Assembly: GCA_021813025.1 (NCBI GenBank)
Contig: JAKAME010000004.1
Span: 1 to 38,413 of the forward strand
DNA length: 38,413 nucleotides
DNA from: Candidatus Micrarchaeota archaeon
GTDB taxonomy: Archaea; Micrarchaeota; Micrarchaeia; Anstonellales; Anstonellaceae
Direction: 5' to 3'
Part shown: one piece after another, positions 35,907 through 38,413 of the stretch
How positions within the stretch are numbered: position 1 is the first letter of the stretch
Layout: each line of letters opens with the position of its first letter
Made by a program: the position numbers and the translations under genes
Notes under the pieces: generated by a model
Told to the model about the DNA's origin: nothing
Databases searched by the model: none
Seen by the model: only the letters and a program-made list of their open reading frames with translations

Positions 35907-36473
35907 ATGACAATGAGACAGGGACAAACGCGGTTCGGACGCGGGCAAATCGCGATGGAATACCTCGCGACATACGGCTGGGCGCTTTTCGCCATGTTCG
36001 CCGTGATTGCCATTCTGGTGGCTTCCGGCATGCTTGGCGCGGGGCGCTACACCAGCGAGGAATGCACCTTTGCCCCCAACCTGCCCTGCAACAACGCCTA
36101 TCTGGTGCGCGGGGCGAGCGACAGGGAAATGACCCTGCACCTCAACCTCACCAACACGCAGGGCTTCCCCATGTATGTCACCAGATGCTACTACCGCCCC
36201 GTCGGCGGAACGGAGCTGGATTACACCGGCGGCGAGGCCGAGTGCGACCTCAAGCGAACGGTGGGGCAGGGCGAATCGGTGCGATACGAGGCTCCGCTGA
36301 GCGTGAACAACCCCATCCGGCCCAGCGAGGTGCGCCGCGTCTATGTCACATACACCTTCAAGAACTGCCAGGACGCGCCAGCCCCAGACCCGGCGGCGAG
36401 CTGCTTTGCGGATGACGAGGCCTTTCCGCCCCACAACACTTCCGGCCTGATTGTGGCAGTCGTTCGGGGATAG
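35907..36473 (+). CDS. Class III signal peptide protein (archaeal type IV pilin-like)
   Basis: RG|QIAMEYLATYGWALFAMFAVIAIL and ECTFAPNLPC. Paralogous to 5789-6385. Confidence 0.85.
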   Translation: MTMRQGQTRFGRGQIAMEYLATYGWALFAMFAVIAILVASGMLGAGRYTSEECTFAPNLPCNNAYLVRGASDREMTLHLNLTNTQGFPMYVTRCYYRPVGGTELDYTGGEAECDLKRTVGQGESVRYEAPLSVNNPIRPSEVRRVYVTYTFKNCQDAPAPDPAASCFADDEAFPPHNTSGLIVAVVRG

Positions 36474-36667
36474 GAAAAAAGAGGGAAGAAATTGCTGCCC
36501 CCGCGCGGCTTCCTTTTTTTCGGCCCCCCTTTTTGCGGCCCGACCATTTTCTGGCCCCCAATTCCTTTTTTCCGCCCCTCCCGCCCCTCTTTTCGCCCCG
36601 CCCGCTTCCTTTTTTAAACTCATGGCGACAATGAGGGCGACCAGTAATCCGCCGAGGCCAGATTTGC

Positions 36668-38413
36668 GTGCCATTCCGCATCAGCCGCATCAAATTCAGG
36701 GGATTCAAGTCCTTCAAGTCAGCCGAGGCGCAGCTGCCCGGCGGCTTCGTGGCCATAGCCGGGCCAAACGGCTCGGGAAAGAGCAATGTCACCGACGCCA
36801 TACGATTCATTTTCGGCGAAACAAGCCTCAAGGCGCTGAGGGCCAAGAAGACGGCCGAGCTCATCAACCTCAACTGCTCCTCCGGCGAGGTGACGATGGA
36901 AATCGACGGCGAGCGGCGCTTCGAAATCAGGCGCCAAATCCGCGAGGACGGGTCCACCAAATACGAGCTGGACGGAAGGCATGTCACGCGCGAGCAGGCG
37001 CTTGAGGCGCTCAGGCCCTTCGGGCTTGAGGCCGGGGCGCACAACATAATAGCGCAGGGGCAGGTGCAGAGCCTGGTGGAGCGAAACCCCAAGGACAGGC
37101 GGCAAATCATAGACGCGGTGGCAGGAATCGCCGAGTTCGAGGACAAGAAAAAGGACGCCCTCTCGCAGCTTGCGCAGGTGGAGTCAAAAATTTCCGAGGC
37201 AAGGGTGGTGCTGGCGGAGCGCGGCGCGTTTTTGGCCGAACTGGAGAAGGAGAGGGATGCTGCCCTGACCTATCAGGAGGCAAAACAGACCCTGGAGCGC
37301 TCGCGCGCCACTCTGGTTGATGCCGAATACAAGAAACTGGATTCTTATTTCAAGGAATTGCTGGCCAAGAGAAGCAAGCTGTCTGACGAAATCGCCAAAT
37401 TTGAGACTGAGTTGAAAGAGCTTGAGGGCAAGCGCGCGAAACTGGACGGAGAGAGGGCGGCCATTGCCGCGCGCATAGGCAAGTCTGGCGAGCGCGAGAA
37501 GCTCATGGCCTCCATCGCCGATGCAAGGCTTCAGGCAGGACAACTGCAGGCGCGGGCGGAGGAAAAGGAAAAGGAGCGCGAGCGCCATGCAAGCAGGCTC
37601 AAGGAAATGAGGGAAAGCCAGGCGCGCATGAAGGCCGCGCTTGAGCAGATGAGGGCTGACGCAAAGCAGCTGCAGGCCCAGCTTGTGCTGGCTGCAAAAG
37701 AGCTTGAGGAGGCCAAAAAGGCCGCTGGAATTGATTTGAATGAAGCTGCCGGGGCCAATCTTGAGCAATTGGAGACAGCGCTCGCGGCCGCTCTGAGCGA
37801 CAAGTCTGCTGCCGCGGCCAGCTTGTCAAAACTGGAGGAAATGGCCGGCCAGTACAGGTCTGAAATAAGGAGGGCCGAGGAAGAGGCCGCCAAACTGGGC
37901 GGCGGGGAGGACGGCGAGGACGAGCGCGTGGGCCGCCTGCAGGAAACCGTTGCAAGCCTTAATGCTGAAATGGAGAAGCTGTTTGACCAGGAGAAAAAGC
38001 TCAACCGCGAGCTGCCGTCGTTGGACCAGAGCCTGCTGTCTGCCAAGGAGAAAGTGGCGACTTTGCGCGGCTCTGTTTCGCCTGCGGCGCAGAATCCGGC
38101 CCTGCTCACGGTGCAGGCATTGAAAAAAGACGGCATGGGCGGGATATGGGGGGCGGTGAGCGAGCTTGTTTCGGCAGAGCCTGAGCACCGCATGGCCGTT
38201 GAAGCGGCGGGAGGCGGGAGGCTCAACAACATAGTGGTTGACAGCCTTGATGTTGCTGAGAAAATAATCGAAAAGCTCAAGAGCGCGAAGGCGGGAAGGG
38301 CGACTTTCATCCCTCTTGATTCGGTCGTGCTGTCCGCGCGCAACGAGCAGGCGCCCCCGCTTGCATTGGGCAAGCTCATCGATTTCGTGAAATACGACCC
38401 CAAGCTGGACAAT
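36668..38413 (+). CDS. smc: Chromosome segregation protein SMC (5' part, runs off the window; absent from the ORF track)
   Basis: GTG start. RGFKSF, Walker A GPNGSGKSN, NIIAQGQV (Q-loop), long coiled coil, in-frame hinge GIWGAVSEL...GGGRLNNIVVD...GRATFIPLD. Confidence 0.95.
   Translation, partial: MPFRISRIKFRGFKSFKSAEAQLPGGFVAIAGPNGSGKSNVTDAIRFIFGETSLKALRAKKTAELINLNCSSGEVTMEIDGERRFEIRRQIREDGSTKYELDGRHVTREQALEALRPFGLEAGAHNIIAQGQVQSLVERNPKDRRQIIDAVAGIAEFEDKKKDALSQLAQVESKISEARVVLAERGAFLAELEKERDAALTYQEAKQTLERSRATLVDAEYKKLDSYFKELLAKRSKLSDEIAKFETELKELEGKRAKLDGERAAIAARIGKSGEREKLMASIADARLQAGQLQARAEEKEKERERHASRLKEMRESQARMKAALEQMRADAKQLQAQLVLAAKELEEAKKAAGIDLNEAAGANLEQLETALAAALSDKSAAAASLSKLEEMAGQYRSEIRRAEEEAAKLGGGEDGEDERVGRLQETVASLNAEMEKLFDQEKKLNRELPSLDQSLLSAKEKVATLRGSVSPAAQNPALLTVQALKKDGMGGIWGAVSELVSAEPEHRMAVEAAGGGRLNNIVVDSLDVAEKIIEKLKSAKAGRATFIPLDSVVLSARNEQAPPLALGKLIDFVKYDPKLDN

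Overview
Archaeal chromosomal DNA, most likely from a DPANN Micrarchaeota-like genome. This is an inference from rpl15e, Pop5/Rpp30, fibrillarin, an Sm protein, a BHB-intron tRNA, TATA-box promoters, GQxAMEYLxTYGWA class III pilins and an S-layer-like module. Housekeeping content: NadM, FKBP PPIase, Sm, tRNA-Ala(GGC), SpeD, Pop5-Rpp30-L15e, RtcB with a 473-aa LAGLIDADG intein, intron-containing tRNA-Lys(UUU), fibrillarin, short XPF, a beta-CASP nuclease and the 5' half of SMC. Accessory content: a ~1885-aa secreted Cys-rich surface protein with an adjacent pilin, a lone VirB2-like pilin, VapBC and RelBE modules, a GT-C-like/methyltransferase pair, and large orphan helical membrane proteins around rtcB. 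Best leads: (1) the giant protein, apparently a circularly permuted S-layer block plus silk/VEGF-C-like CxCxC repeats; (2) orphan 359/900/675-aa proteins with membrane-inserting architecture; (3) two unannotated structured intergenic elements at 13.4-13.7 kb and 29.47-29.55 kb, the second exposing an anti-Shine-Dalgarno motif; (4) four 11-bp-phased TCRYGA boxes between a wHTH gene and xpf; (5) a possible orphan DGR-target-like protein. Family calls come from motif recognition and recall, not database searches. No CRISPR array, integrase, transposase or reverse transcriptase was seen.
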